This document shows positions 63,334 through 64,000 of a DNA stretch of 64,000 nt, in pieces. Position 1 is the stretch's first letter. Every line of letters begins with the position of its first letter. This DNA comes from an uncultured bacterium (GTDB lineage Bacteria > JAUVQV01 > DATDCY01). Position numbers and translations under genes: made by a program. The DNA lies in contig CAZEOK010000002.1 of NCBI GenBank assembly GCA_964513745.1, positions 7,858 to 71,857 of the forward strand. Direction: 5' to 3'. Below the pieces are notes generated by a model. That model had not been told where the DNA came from and made no database searches. It worked only from the letters and a program-made list of their open reading frames with translations.

Positions 63334-64000
63334 CTAGGACCCTGGCTGTGCGAGCTGGAAGCGCTCGCCGAGGTAGATCTGCCGGGCCTTCTCGCTGCCG
63401 GCGATCTGCGCCGGCGTCCCCTCCTCGAGGATCTCCCCGGCGCTGATGATGTACGCGCGATCGGTGATTTCGAGCGTCTCCTGCACGTTGTGGTCCGTGA
63501 TGAGGATGCCGATATCCCGCGCCTTGAGGATGGCGCAGAGCTTCTGAATGTCCATCACCGCGATCGGGTCGATGCCGGCGAAGGGCTCGTCGAGCAGCAC
63601 GAAGCTCGGCGAGGTCGCGAGCGCGCGGCAGATCTCGACCCTGCGGCGCTCCCCGCCCGAAAGAGACTGCGCCTTGCGCCCGGCGAGGTGGGCGACGCCG
63701 AGATCGTGGAGCAGCCGCTCCATCGCTTCAATGCGCGCGCTCTTCGTGAGCGGCTGGTTTTCGAGCACCGCGAGGACGTTCTCGGCGACGGTGAGCTTTC
63801 GGAAGACCGACGGCTCCTGGGGCAGATAGTTGATGCCCTTGCGGGCTCGTACGTACATCGGCAGGGAGGTGATCTCCTCGTCGTCGAGCAGCACGCGGCC
63901 GCGGTCAGGGTGCGCCAGCCCGACGATCATGTAGAACGAGGTCGTCTTGCCGGCGCCGTTTGGACCGAGCAAGCCGACGATCTCCCCCTGCCCGACCGCA
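63334..64000 (-). CDS. lptB: LPS export ABC transporter ATP-binding protein LptB, 5' end beyond the window
   Basis: [46 protein letters not shown]. The frame stays open to base 64000. lptB-rpoN adjacency. Confidence 0.9.
   Translation of the reverse strand, partial: AVGQGEIVGLLGPNGAGKTTSFYMIVGLAHPDRGRVLLDDEEITSLPMYVRARKGINYLPQEPSVFRKLTVAENVLAVLENQPLTKSARIEAMERLLHDLGVAHLAGRKAQSLSGGERRRVEICRALATSPSFVLLDEPFAGIDPIAVMDIQKLCAILKARDIGILITDHNVQETLEITDRAYIISAGEILEEGTPAQIAGSEKARQIYLGERFQLAQPGS

Noticed and set aside
1-64000. rRNA, tRNA, tmRNA, CRISPR arrays, IS elements, integrases, prophage or toxin-antitoxin/defence genes
   Set aside because: None were seen. All intergenic gaps are under 320 nt, with no T-loop/acceptor-like tRNA signatures or regularly spaced direct repeats. 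Every sizeable ORF on the coding strand has a housekeeping or transport assignment. A covariance-model scan was not possible here, so small ncRNAs could have been missed.

Overview
This is a high-GC (by eye roughly two-thirds G+C) chromosomal segment from a diderm bacterium, since Lpt, Mla, TolC-family and PilQ genes are present. The phylum cannot be fixed from the sequence alone. About 60 protein-coding genes are supported. Almost all are core housekeeping genes, tightly packed with many 1-4 nt start/stop overlaps. In order, the blocks are:
- ctc-pth
- rpsF-ssb-rpsR-DUF2232
- mutS-amidase-EF-G paralogue
- a heterodimeric ABC exporter
- a cus-type metal efflux operon
- plsY
- a long minus-strand run (mogA-like-tmk-holB-PSP1, then rplI-dnaB-alr-mlaEFD-radA)
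- a comEA-like gene
- Rrf2-lptFG
- smc-ftsY
- a Wzm/Wzt ABC-2 exporter
- truA
- pilQ
- a co-directional lptB-rpoN-hpf-hprK-rapZ-PTS(mannose family)-ptsH-ptsI-M50 protease run.

I found no rRNA, tRNA, CRISPR array, transposase, integrase, phage genes or recognisable defence/toxin genes. I do not see a convincing, wholly novel multi-gene system. The most unusual observations are:
1. About 68-nt inverted repeats with an exact 24-nt core bracket cusB-cusA plus two unassigned periplasmic proteins.
2. A double-length (tandem-fused) TolC-family gene heads that operon.
3. A complete mannose-family PTS phosphorelay is embedded in the rpoN locus.
4. A near-consensus sigma-54 promoter lies upstream of the comEA-like gene.
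5. A Wzm-Wzt-DUF1573 trio is translationally coupled.

The many long ORFs antisense to recognised genes are treated as high-GC artefacts. All calls come from reading translations and motifs; no database search was run.
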